DNA of 64,000 nucleotides from Chiloscyllium plagiosum (GCF_004010195.1 NC_057711.1:77598925-77662924), one strand, 5' to 3'; numbered from the stretch's first letter, positions 50,991-63,444 are shown. Translations and numbers: made by a program. Notes: generated by a model from the sequence alone, not told the origin.

Positions 50991-53729
50991 GGCAGCATTT
51001 GAGTGTGACATCAAAATATCAAAATAGAAGTCAGTGGGAATTAGAAAAAAACTACTTGGATTCATATTTAGCACAGAGGAAGATTATGTGGTTGTTGACA
51101 ACCATGTCTTTGAGCCTCAGAACATAGTTGAAGTAGTTTCTTAGGACTAGACATGGGCAATTTTAGCCTTTTCAAGAGTGATCTTGCTTCCATCATATGG
51201 ATAGAGTGAGGATGTGCATTGATTTTTAGGCAGCACACAATTCCTTCTGCAACGCTCAACTAAAGCAGCAGACTGGGTCCACATACAGCAAGATCTAGAC
51301 AACATTCAGACTTGGGCAGATGTATGGTACTAATTTTTTTACTGCATAATGCAAGGCAAGGACATTTTCAAATAGAAAGAGTTGAAAGACATCCCCTTGA
51401 TATTCATTATCTTTATCATTATTAAATTCCTACCATTTGCACACAGATTTACCATTGACCAGAAATATAACTGAACCAGCCACATAAATACATTGGCTAT
51501 ACCAGCAGGTCAGAGCCTAAGATGGGGATTTTAATTCCCTAACTGCAGTAAAGTTGGAGACAGAGGGTTAATTTTTTTGAGGACCATGTCACCTTCCTGT
51601 CTCCTCCAGATTAAGTCGAGGGTGGAAGGGTTTATGGACTCAGCTGCCAAGTGAGGCTCTTAACTGAGTATCCTGCTGGTATTATGATCCCAGCTTTTGG
51701 TCCTACTGGCTAAGGCAGAGCCCAAAATGAATTGTGGCTTAATAGGTCATGGGATGAATCTTATTATTCTTACATGGTATCAGTTTTGTCACATTTCATC
51801 TGGAGCTTCTCACCATGAGCCTTACTATTGAGACTCCTCACCATATCACAGCAAACATGCCTCATTAAATACCCACTCCCTCTTCATGGTATCTATTTAA
51901 CTCATCTTACCACACAGTGTTTGTGGAACAACTTTGCCATTGCTGCATTATCCCAAAATTGACTGGCATCTTCCATATTTCTCACCATAGTCCATATTGT
52001 TCACATCCTTGTATGATTCTGTCCTTGATCTTGGTTTAGTTAATTAACATGGTGGTTAATCACTGAGACACATTCACAAAACATTGTTGGCCTTTAACAA
52101 GAAAACATAAATTCATGACACAGAAGGTGAAATAAAAAAAGCAAGCTATCTAAATATCAAAGACAGCCAGACCCAAAACAAAGTTTCAACATGATCTTGA
52201 CACTATCCATTATATAAACTCAAGCCCAGAGAAATTACCATATGTCACCTCTTTAGAAGTCAACAAAATTGATACCTAACAATTTCTTAGGTGTGGATTG
52301 TGGAGACAGTCCAGTAAGACCCTTTCCAAGTTTGCTGACATGAAAATTTCATATATCTAATAGCCTTTACTTACTCCGTTCTAATAATCTGGATATTCAT
52401 AACCTTACTCTCCTAGATTGAAAGTTTTACAAACTAATTGACTCTGCTAAGGGAACCCATTTGCTGAAATGCCCTGAAATCATCTTCCTGGATAAGAACA
52501 ACAATTGCTTCCAAAATCAACAACTCTTCTGAACTGAATCAAAAAAAAATCTTTTGAACTGAAAACAAAGTCAATGGTTATGTACGGTGACTCTATCTAC
52601 CATAAACTTAGCAGCATAAACATTTTTCCATTAACATCACAAGAATTTGCAGTCACCTGTTCTCTGACAAGTATTTGTTTAGGTCACTGTTTAAAGGAGA
52701 AAGTCACCAACATCCATATGATAATAGTTTGAACTCCAAACTCCAAAACTTTCATCATACTACTATGAGAGGAGCTGCCAAACAGGGAGCTGGAAAGCAA
52801 ACTTTGTGACACCTGGCTTAACATATCCTACGTGGTTTCTTTTGTAATTTGGTCACTATAATAGTTAGTCACTGAACACATTGACATTTGGCTCCTTAAA
52901 ATAAAGAACACAAATTTATTATTTAAAAGAAAAAACAAATGAGAGGGTGTACAATTTAAAAGATTTTGATATAAACAGCAAAATCAAAGATTAATCCCTT
53001 TTAACAAGCAGTATTCTAAAATTTATAGTTACTTAAGTATCACTCCCATCTTAACTTTAAGATTTCTCACTCAACTGACTGCTTCCAGTTTCGATGGCCT
53101 AAAATTCTTTACCGTACAGACAGCCTGGACTGCTTTTCAACTCTCAAAGTTCACACAACTGGAGATATCTCCCAATGAAAAACACAGATTTCAACAGATT
53201 AATGTGCCCTTTTCATGATTAAAACAAAAGTGTTCTTCTGAACAAAAACCCGATTCTGACCTTTGACTAGCTGTTTCTGTATAGATTATAAAACTCAGCA
53301 TTGTAAAACATTTAGCAATTAACCTCCCAGGTATCTGATTATGGCATGTAACTTAAATCACATGGTTTCCTGGAAATGATGTCCTTTATTCTATGTAATA
53401 AATAACTTTCTGATTTATTTTAAAAAAAATCACCTTCACAGAACTGAAACCAAAATCTATTTACCTACTTGTCATGGGTAAAGAGACCTTCCTTCTCCCC
53501 AGAGTCCTTGTCCTTCTCTTCTGATGACTGCTCTCACTCAACTATCTCCTCCACATCCAGGACATTATCTCTTTGCCTGCTCCAGAGCACAGCATGTCAG
53601 GATGATATGACATACTGTGTGTGTACAAAGCTGGCGAGCAACCCCAAACTGATGCATTTAGTGGAACCATAGTTTTGGCAGCCCATTACTCTTCTCCAAC
53701 AAAGCCGATGCACGAATGCATGACTGTCC

Positions 53730-53870
53730 TGTTAGAGGGAATGTTGATAACACTCTGCTTTTCTTTGTAACAGTGCAATGGATTTTTTTTACATAAATAT
53801 GAACAGATGAATAGCTCCTTGATTTAATATCCAATCCAAAAACCATATTCATCAGTGTATTGCTCCCTGC
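53730..53870 (-). mobile_element. DeuSINE-like (Deu-domain) remnant
   Basis: Minus strand ..ggattggatattaaatcaagg..tgtaaaaaaaatccattgcactgttacaaagaaaagcag resembles the recalled Deu-domain consensus. Confidence 0.45.
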
Positions 53871-54683
53871 CTATGTCTTCTACACACAAGTCTTCACTCT
53901 CTCTTGCACTCAGCGACCAATTCATTGGAAGCTTTACTAACCAGTTAGCTCTTCATAAGCGCACGTCTCAAGTGCTGATTCACCCGTAAGTAAGGTTCCA
54001 GGATGGAGTTTGGAACAACTGACAATTTGCAATTTAAACTAATTCTGGTATTCTGTCCAAGTGCTACCGTAAAAACTGGAAATATTGGTTTGTACTGAAG
54101 CAGCTGATGACAGGAAAAAAGGTGTCCTTAAAGGGGCATCCAATTAGACTGAATCGACAGCTTAAGACTGAAAACCATACTTACCTGAATGTTGAGACAG
54201 GAAGAGCTGAAGGGCTCCTCCCAGTCTCATAATTCAAAGAAAGTGGGTCATCCCCATTTCATCTATCCCTGATCACCACCAGCTTCTCTCAAACAATTGT
54301 CCACCTGCTGGCCACTTCCAATTTCCAACATGTTATTACCACTGCCTCATTTACAAGAGGATCAGTATGCACTTCATTAACAAGATTGCATCTTAACCTC
54401 TGCTACTTATTGACTTTATGGAAATTAGTCTCCAGATCTAACATCGGCGGCACTCTGAGCCTTACCATTCTAGAGCAGGCATTGTATTCTGTGGCGCTCT
54501 ATGCCCCAAAATAGACATTCGCAAACTCCTTGACCATTCTCATTTCTAGCAAAATTTTCATAAACATAAGCTTCTGCATTTTTGTCATCCTGATGCATAC
54601 ATCAGATGAGAAAATTTGATTAATTAGCAAATGTTCATCATATAGTTAAATGAAGTTTCCAAGATTACATTACAATTCAGTTG

Positions 54684-54871
54684 GGAGAAAGCAAGGACTG
54701 CAGATGATGGAGATCAGTGTCGAGATAGTGGTACTGGAAAAGTACAGCTGGTCAGGCAGCATCCGAGGAGCAGGAGAATCTTCCTGATGAAGAGCTTTTG
54801 CTCAAATTGTCAATTCTCCTGCTCCTCGAATGCTACCTGACCAGCTGTGCTTATCCAGCACCACACCCTCG
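54684..54871. mobile_element. Family A fold-back element, older, degenerate hammerhead (54784-54811, plus)
   Basis: TSD attacaattcagttg at 54669-54683 and 54872-54886; CUGAUGA A GAGC-UUUU-GCUC AAAU. Confidence 0.8.
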
Positions 54872-55139
54872 ATTACAATTCAGTTGTCTAGTTCTGTGGA
54901 CACAGGACTGGATTGCCTTGTATCTAGTTGCAAAGTATCCTCATAATATGGTGTATTTATGAAGTAGCAATATGACATTCATAAAGCATTTGATAGAATT
55001 CTACTGAGTTAATTATGTATATATGTATTTTTATTTACTTGAATAAATTTATCTAATGAACCTATTTAGGATTTTTCATTTTGTATTTTAATCTACTTAT
55101 AATTAAAGAGATGAATGTGTGCCTCAATTGGAGACTATA

Positions 55140-55610
55140 CAATAACAATTTGCATTGATATAGTCCCTTAGCACAGTAAAACACCTCAAGAGTTTCTCAA
55201 GATTGTGATCAAATATAATTTGACATTGAACTTTATGAAAAAGAATTTAGGACAAATGTTTAAAATCTTCGTTAAAGAGGCAGGTTATGAGCCATGTCAT
55301 AAAGGAAGAAAGAGACATAGGAAGGTGGAGGTGTTTAACCAGGTAATTTAGGACCTTGAAGCCTAAATGTGATGCACTAGATGCTATTATTGGAGGACCA
55401 CAGATAATTCAGAGAATATATGGCTGGAAGAGGATACAGAGAAACCATGGAAGAGTTTGAAACTAAGGATGAGAATTCGAAGTTCAGGCATTACTTCGTA
55501 GGGAGTTAATGTAGGTCAGCAAATACAGGTACATGGGTTATTGGTGAATGAGATTTAGTGCAAGTTAAAATTTGGGCAGTAGGGTTTTTGAGCTGAATAT
55601 ACCTTCAGAT
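55140..55610 (-). mobile_element. L2-like LINE 3' remnant
   Basis: aacaatttgcattgatatag..aaaacacctcaag resembles a reversed L2-type 3' tail. Confidence 0.45.
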
Positions 55611-58600
55611 GGAAAAAGGCAATCTTAGCAACAGCACAATCACGGGTTGGAATTTCATCTTTGGGGCGAGCATCATACCTATGTTTTAAAGAGCATTGTT
55701 CATTTTAGATAGTAGCCAGGAAGAGGAATGGAGTCAGCACTTGGAAACAGAGGGCTGAATTTTGCCAGAATCTGATCAGCATAGGCTATGGAAAGATGCG
55801 TGGTAAAAACAGGTGAGATGTTTAGCCAGGTCCAGCTCAATGTTGAGATCATCTCATTGTATCATGTTTGCTTTTCTCTAATGGTTTGGCAAGATTATCG
55901 CTAGCTAGTCGTAAGTTCCCAACTGATGATCATTATTGCTTGTTAAACATCTTGCACTCTTATGAAACTTATTGTACAAGGCAGCCACTGATAAAACATG
56001 ACATGGAAACCAGACTAAGTTCTTAGAAGCTTCAACTTGCTACTTGCTTGAGGAGAATCATGTTAGCCACAGACAAGCTGGAGAGCAGGACACAATACAC
56101 CATCACCATTCTAATGCACCCTTCCACCATGGATGTTGACATTCCACTTTCAGGGAAGCTGACTACCATCCTGATATGTTCTAATGCACTGGCACTGTGG
56201 CCTGCGAGATCAGACTCATCTGGGGGGCTACACTGGCAAACAACTGTATATAGCTGCATTGAGTACAGATACCAAATAGGGAAAGGAACATGACTTTTAC
56301 TAACCTAACTAGTAGGGATGCTCCCTTGCCTTCTCAGTGTGCCCTTGCCCTGCTGTACCTTGCATTGGCAATCACATAACCACACAGATGACCATGCTAG
56401 CAGCAGTCCTCTGTCAAGGACGCTTACATTATTATCCCAACGCGTGCATCACATGGCCTCAGTGTTTTTCCAACAAACAGGTATCTGCAGCCAGCCATCA
56501 GACATGTCTGAAAGTCTTAGCAGAGCAGTCTTAGGTGAAGTCCATGGTGACACCATTAGTCAGGGGTTCCCAGCACAATTCATCAAAGGCAGCCTCCCAT
56601 ACCAGTCCTAGGCTTTGGCAGCTTGTCAGGGTACTGCACAGGGTGGGAGGTATTTGTACATGCTACAGAGAATAGGCCAGTCCTTTGTCTCCACAAGGGC
56701 CAGTCAGGGAGAGAAAGCTGTCATGGTCAGGGATATGTATTTCCACTAGCCAGGAGTCTGGGCAATTGAAAGTCAGTGCTGGAAGGTCAGATTGCTTGAG
56801 GGATGGGCCACTACGGTCCCATCACCTTGGTTCATAAATATTAAGGGGAAAAAGGGCTGGAGGAAGGAGGGCAGGGGAAGAGGGTCTGTGGGACATGAAG
56901 GCAGTTTTAGTTTCATGTGCACACCTTGGATAATGACCTGGGTCCATGATTAATGATGAGGCTGAGAAAAGTGGCAGAGGAAAAAAAAGGAGTGGAAACA
57001 AATATTGTAGTCCAGATCCCACTCTCTCATGTAACCAAATATCTATGGCTTGTGAATCCGCCTATTCTATTATGTGAAGTTATGTCATGGAAACTCTCAT
57101 CTTTGGCTCGATGACATCTTTGAATCTAGGAGCAGACAATAATGAAATGATTTCAACATTTTGTTGTTAAACACTAAATCCGCAGTGATAATGCTACTTA
57201 CTGCTTTTATTTTGCACAAGTACTCCTTTTTCGAGTTATCTCAATAAGATGACATCATTAAATCTAAAACAAGTAAAAATATTTTACTCCCTAACTTGCA
57301 ATAATCCACATAAAATGGGAATCTTGGTAAAATGTCATCCAATCTGTTCACCTACTGTCAAGATGAAACTACTATATAACACAGCACAGCTGAATAACTT
57401 TGTTACAAACACTCTCATCATCAGACGAATGCTCCTTGCGATTAATTCCTTAGATCAATCATTATTGTCTTCTTCGGCTTCAGAATTCTCTGTGATACAT
57501 GTCATTGTAAAAATCCCTTTGGCCAATATATTTTCTTTGGACAATATATCTTACAATGGTATTTTGTGTCACAGCTGAAGCATCCATCAACTGTTTTCAA
57601 GACATTCCTGGCATTCATCTGACTCTATTGTTGATCTTCTGCTGGTGTATCAAGATCTACTAAAGATATTTTCATCCTTATTCCTCCTGTTTGTAAATCT
57701 TTTTGTTGCACTGATGCCTGCATCCAGTATCTGGGTGGTCTCAAAATGCAGCAATAATTGAGTCCTCTATTCTTTGTAACAGAGTTGAATGTGCCATTTG
57801 CTCACCAAAGTTGCTGGGAATAACTGCTTCCTCACCATTATTTTTAAGACAGGATACATCTGATTCAACAGCAAATGTTTCTCTGAGGACCGAACTCTAG
57901 TTAGAACCAGGACCCTGTTCCTATTTGACATCATAAAACAATTCAACAATTTAAACACTAACATCTAAAATTTCTAATTTGAACTTCTTCAATCCTTCAC
58001 ACAATCTGAAAAAAAAAATTCACAATGTTACTCCATGCAAAGTCAGGAATTTAACCCAGTGGAAGCTTACACACTTTGTTTAATATGACAACTATGCCCT
58101 CCTTGCCATGGACATTACTTGTGACTATATATTAACTTCATCCTTCCACAGGTCTTGTGATTCAGATACTGAAAACATCATATCCTGACAGCTTAAATCA
58201 GCTTTCTGCCATTTTCTACAATGGTTACAAGGATTATAATTTTTCATTCATCTTTTTTTTCCAACCTTCAGTTTGAGGCAACCATTTTCTTCTGCTATCC
58301 TATAAGACCATGAGATAAGATAAACTCTTGATAGACAATTGATAAAGAGGAATCCAAAGCCAGTCTTTGTTTGGAATAGATTTATTAACAGAATTAAATA
58401 TTACAGGTCTAACTTGGTCCCACTCATTTGTAAGTGTCTCTTTAAATGTGTTTTTAAAAATATTTTCTCATTAACCTGTTCAGAGATGTTGTTACACACC
58501 TTTACAGCAGATGGGACTTGAACCCAGATTACCTGGTTCAGCGGTTGATACAATTTTACTACAAAAACACTCTTTAAATGTGCTTTTTATTGATGTCAAG

Positions 58601-58689
58601 AAGTTCTCTTACACACAACTGAATGTTTTCTTCCCAATCACCAAATAAATGTATTTTCTTTTACCCAGAACTGCTACCACACACAGCTG

Positions 58690-59960
58690 AGCAACTTCCT
58701 ACCACCAAAACCATTGTGACTTTTTTAAAAACCTGTTAACAACCACCAGTAAAACACCTGTGTAGTCAACTGAATATTTACATGCATTGTCCATTATGGA
58801 CAATGCAAACTATCAAAGGTGAGGGTGGGGTGTGGGCTAGGCAGAGCAGGCAAGGACTAAATCAAAATGGTGTCACAGCACAGTATCCCTCACAGTGACC
58901 ATCTCTTTCAAAAAGCATCGAGAGCATTGGTGGATACCATATGCTCCTTCTCTAAGGACACCTGAGCACAAAGGTAACTGTGGAAAATGGGCAGACAGTC
59001 AGCAGAGATGACCCTTTCTACAGCCTGCTGTTTATAGCCAGTCTGGCCAGGCCCAGCAACAGATTCACAAGGTGGTCCTCCGATCTGCCCAAACCCCTCC
59101 ACACTGGATGCTCAAAGATCAGGACAGTAGGGCTGAAGTGCAACCAAAAATACAATAAAAGATTTTTCTAATAACTAAAAAGGGTGCAAATGCCCACAAC
59201 CAACGTATGTATGGTCCACGGACTCCACAGCACCACAAAATAAACAGCTGAGCTGGGAGTCTGAGAACCACCGCAATCTGTGGTTATAATGTAAGGCTGC
59301 ATGCAACACCCTCCACCCCAGCAAGAGGGGTGATTTCCACGTAGAGAGCAGTCTACTGGGGAGCCCTGCTGCCCGACAGCAAATCAGCATATCAAGATAT
59401 CTGGGCAGCAAACATAAGAGTTGAGGCAGATGTGTGCAGCAGCAACCTGTACAGAAAATGTCTTTGTGCAAGGCTAAAAGGCAGAGTCATAGTCATACTT
59501 AGGAAGTGACTCAGGTTGTGGAGTACAGACCCGTGAGGGAAGTTCAGGAACTTGGGGCCAATATGAAATTCCATCCAAAGAGGATTCCACTGCACAGCTG
59601 AGTATCCTCCCAACAGGTGCATGACATCAGGTTTGAGCACTGCTGTTTTCATGCAGCAGACGGCTTTGGTTGAGAGCTGGACGTCCACTGACACCCTGCT
59701 TGCCAATTCCTGCAGCAACATCCAATCCAGGCCTTTGCCATTCAGCACGTTCCCAAACTCTAGCATGGCCACAGTCCTCCCCTCCATCAGCCATTTGAAC
59801 TTGCGATGGTGGAAATGAAGATTCCTGAGCAATGGCTCTCTGACAAAGTCGCTACTCCTGACGGTGGGAATCGCCAGCATGAGTTGACCATGTTTCAGAC
59901 ATTGATCAGGTCCTGGTAAAAAAACAGGCTGCATCCTGAGATAAACGTGCAGACCATTGT
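58690..59960 (-). mobile_element. Tx1-clade LINE 3' fragment
   Basis: LGWRVLHAAL..N.RL..FSDSQ..CLFCG..ESVDH.Y..C (CCHC knuckle); AQVSLEKEHMVSTN matches the 6155 copy. Confidence 0.8.
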
Positions 59961-60500
59961 GGTCAATAAACATGAGCTGCGTATTATTAAATGTGCTTAA
60001 GCAACCATTCAGTAAGGGCTTCACCTGTAAGTAGTCAGTTTACATTAATACAATTAACAGTGATAATTAATTAAGTAATAAGGCTCTTGTGGTGCAGTGT
60101 CTATGCATATCATTTATATGAATTTCCAGAAGGCATTTAATATAGTCTGACATAACTGGGAAATTGATTGAGTGGGAGGCAACAGAGCGTAGGGATAATG
60201 GGTAGCTACTTGAATTGAAAGGATGTGACCAATGGTGTCCCACAAGAATCTGTGTTAGGACCTAAGTAAATAATTCACACTATTTATTAATAATTTGGCT
60301 AATGGCATGGAAAGGCAGATATCCAAATTTGCTATTGACATAAGTGGCATTGAGGCTGATAACATAATATTTCAAAAGGGCACTGATAGGCTAGGCAAAC
60401 TGATAAAACTGTGGTTGTACAAGTTCAATGCAAGCACATGTGACGTTATTCATTTTGGACTGAAAAGGTTTAGATTAGAATACTTTCCAGAAGGCATGAA

Positions 60501-60938
60501 GTGTGGGGTAATGGCTCAGTGGTTAGCATTGTTGCACCAGGCACATGGGTTTGATTGCAACCTCAGGTGATTATCTGTGTGGAGTCTGCACATTCTGCCC
60601 GTGTTTGCGAGGGTTTCCTCTGGGTGCTCTGGTTTCCTCGCACTATGCTGGAAAAGCGCAGCAGGTCAGGCAGCATTCAAGGAACAGGAGAATCGACGTT
60701 TCGGGCATAAGCCCTTCTTCAGGTTTCCTCCCACTATCCAAAGATGTCCAAGTTAGGCACACCTGGCAATATTAAATTGTCCTTAGTGTCCAGGGATGTA
60801 CATGCTAGGTGGATTAGCCAAGAGAAATGCAGGGTTACAGGGATAGGATATGGGATGAGTCTGGGTGGTATGTGCTTTGGAGAGTTAGTGTGGACTTGAT
60901 GGGCCAAAAGGCCTGCTTCCACACAATAGGGATTCTAT
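60501..60938 (+). mobile_element. HE1-type V-SINE interrupted by a family A element
   Basis: tRNA head, V-domain and tail; insertion at 60647-60721. Confidence 0.8.
60647..60723 (-). mobile_element. Minimal (about 75 bp) family A element with intact hammerhead core (60691-60723)
   Basis: TSD ggtttcctc(g/c)cactat at 60631-60646 and 60722-60737; CUGAAGA A GGGC-UUAU-GCCC GAAA CGUC. Confidence 0.85.
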
Positions 60939-63170
60939 TTAAAAAAAAGAGATGTCCAAAGAGATGCATGGTAGACTAATTAAAGTTAGATCTCTTGGGA
61001 GTCAGGGTGAGCTTGCCTACTGGATACAAAATTGGCTTTATGGTAAGAGACAGAGGGTAGTGGTGGAGGTTTTTTTCAGACTGGACACCTGTGCCCAGTG
61101 GTGTTCCTCTGGGATCAGCACTGGATTCACTTTTGTTTATCATAAATATAAATGACTTGAATGAGAATATAGAATGTATGGTTAGTAAGATTGCAGATGA
61201 CCAATTGGGTCAATAGGCTAAGGAGTGGCAGGTGAAGTTTAATTTGGATAAATGTGGGATATTGCATTTTGGTATTACAAACAAAGACAGGACTTATACT
61301 ATTAATGGTAGGGCACAGGGTAGAGTTGTAGAACGGAGATACCTGGGGTTCAGGTATAGAATTTTTTGAAATTTGCATAACAGGTAGACAGGGTTTATTA
61401 AGAAGGTGTTTAATACGCTTATCTTCATTGCTCAGATCTGTAGAGTATAGGAGTTGGGGATGTCATGTTGATATTGTACAGAATATTGGTGAGGCTTCTT
61501 CTGGAGTACTGTATCCAGTTCTGGTCATCCTGTTAAAGGAAGGATATTATCAAACTGAGAGGGTTCAGAATAGATTTGTCAGGATGTGGCTGGGAATGGA
61601 GGGTTTGAGATATAAAAATAGACTGGAAAGACTGGGACGTTTCTTTATTGGAGTATAGGAGGTTGAGGGGTGACCTTATTGAGGTTTATAAAACCATGAC
61701 GGGTATAGATAAGGTGAATAACAAGGGTCTTTCTCTTGGGTGGGGAAGTTCAAAACTGGGAGTGAATTCTTAAGGTGAGAGGAGAAAGATTTAAAAAGGA
61801 CGAGGGGCGATTTTTTTTCCACAGAGTGGTTTGTGTGGAATGAAATGCCACAGAAAGTTGTGAATGCAAATACAGTTACAATGTTTAAAAGACATTTGGA
61901 TAAGTTCATGAATAGGAAAGGTTTGGGGGGATATAGGCTAAGCACAGTCAGGTGGGACTAGTTTAGTTTGGGAACATGGTCAGTGTGGACTAGTTGGACC
62001 GAAAGGTCTGTTTCTATACTGTATGACTCAACAAACTGGAGGTTCAAGTGCATAGGTCACAAAAATGCCACAAACAGGTGCAGAAATTAATCAAGGAGGC
62101 TAATGGAATGCTGGCCTTTATATCTAGAGAACTGGAGTATAAGGAAGCAGAAGTTATGCTGTAGCTATACAAAAATCTGGTCAGATCCTACTTGGAGTAC
62201 TACGAACAGATCTCGGCACTACACCTTATGAAGGATATATTGGCCTTGGAAGGAGTTAGATTAGGAAGCACTCATACACACAAAGGTAGAGGTTTGGAAC
62301 TCTTTGATAAATGGTAGTTGACACTAGAACAGTTGTTAGTTTTAAATCTGATATGGACTTTTTTTTTGTTAACCCTCCCCAACGATATTAAGGGATATGG
62401 ACCAAAGGCAGGTAGAGTTAGGCCATTGATCAGACATGATCTCATTGCACGGAAGAACGGACTCAAGGGACTGAATGACCTACTCCTGTTCCTATGTGTG
62501 ACCCTAACACAAGCAGAGCTCCTGATGGTATCATTCGTGGAGTCACTGGAGTGCAGAATCTTCTCCACCATGTCAAGAGGGAAATCCACAGAGATGCTGT
62601 TCTGCAACCAAATGAAACTGCGCATGCAGCATGACAAAGCATTCATTTTTGGAATATATTCAATTAAGGCTTTATTGCATTCCCCTATAATTCAGTATTC
62701 CAGGACTATTGGTAGCATATGATGGGAAAAAAATCACGTAACTAGAATGCAAATTGTCTTAAAGTTATACAAACAATTTTTTCACCCTATCAGTTATCGG
62801 AAATAATACCTACAAATCCTGCTATAAGATGCAGGCAGGATGATAGAGTATATAAAGCTCATAACGAATAGTTGGGGGCAAATGGTTAAGGATTTGAAAT
62901 TCCCATGTTTATTTAAAAACTGCTGATTATAATTCTGGTGACTACTTTAAAACAAACGCCTTCCAATTTAATCATTGGGGCTCATGTGGCACAAGAGGCC
63001 TGTGTTCAAGCAACTGCTGCAAATATGTGTCATATGTGGTCAGATTGATTATCAATACTTATGAGGCTCATAGGAGAAGTTAGTGCACAAAGGAGGATGA
63101 CATCATATCAAGTTTATACTGCCATGGCATGTAATCTTTCTGAAATAGTTGCCACTGATCTAAAGGTGTG

Positions 63171-63444
63171 ATTAGATTAGATTCCCTACAGTGTGGAAAC
63201 AGGCCCTTTGGCCCAACCAGTCCACACCGACCCTCTGAAAAACAACCCACCCAGACCCGTTTCCCCTCTGACTAATGGCCAATTCACCTGCCCTGCACAT
63301 CTTTGTGATTGTGGGAGGAAACTGGAGTATCCGGAGGAAACCCACGCAGACACAGGGAGAATGTGCAAACTCTACACAGACATTCGCCCAACACTGGAAT
63401 AGAACCTGGCAGCAGTGCTAACCACTGAGCCACCGTGCTGCCCC
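63171..63444 (-). mobile_element. HE1-type V-SINE
   Basis: Minus strand ggggcagcacggtggctcagtggttagcactgctgcc, V-domain, (AATCT)n tail. Confidence 0.85.

Larger units (their letters stand above)
60110..62495 (+). mobile_element. Composite of CR1 fragments (older copy interrupted by a SINE and by a second CR1 at about 60960-62030)
   Basis: RT and C-terminal CR1 motifs; two separate CR1 3' tails (about 62028 and about 62495). Confidence 0.75.

Noticed and set aside
52805..53475. Possible additional solo LTR
   Set aside because: Starts TGTGAC but no matching CA terminus or TSD could be confirmed
4509..60723. Recurring family A sequence as a CRISPR array or bacterial REP element
   Set aside because: Copies are dispersed with individual TSDs, there is no repeat-spacer periodicity or cas gene, and the context is vertebrate
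57202..62605. Assigning the exon-like peptides to a Regnase/N4BP1-type NYN nuclease
   Set aside because: Only a faint resemblance of one short peptide; no catalytic motifs seen and exon phases are inconsistent
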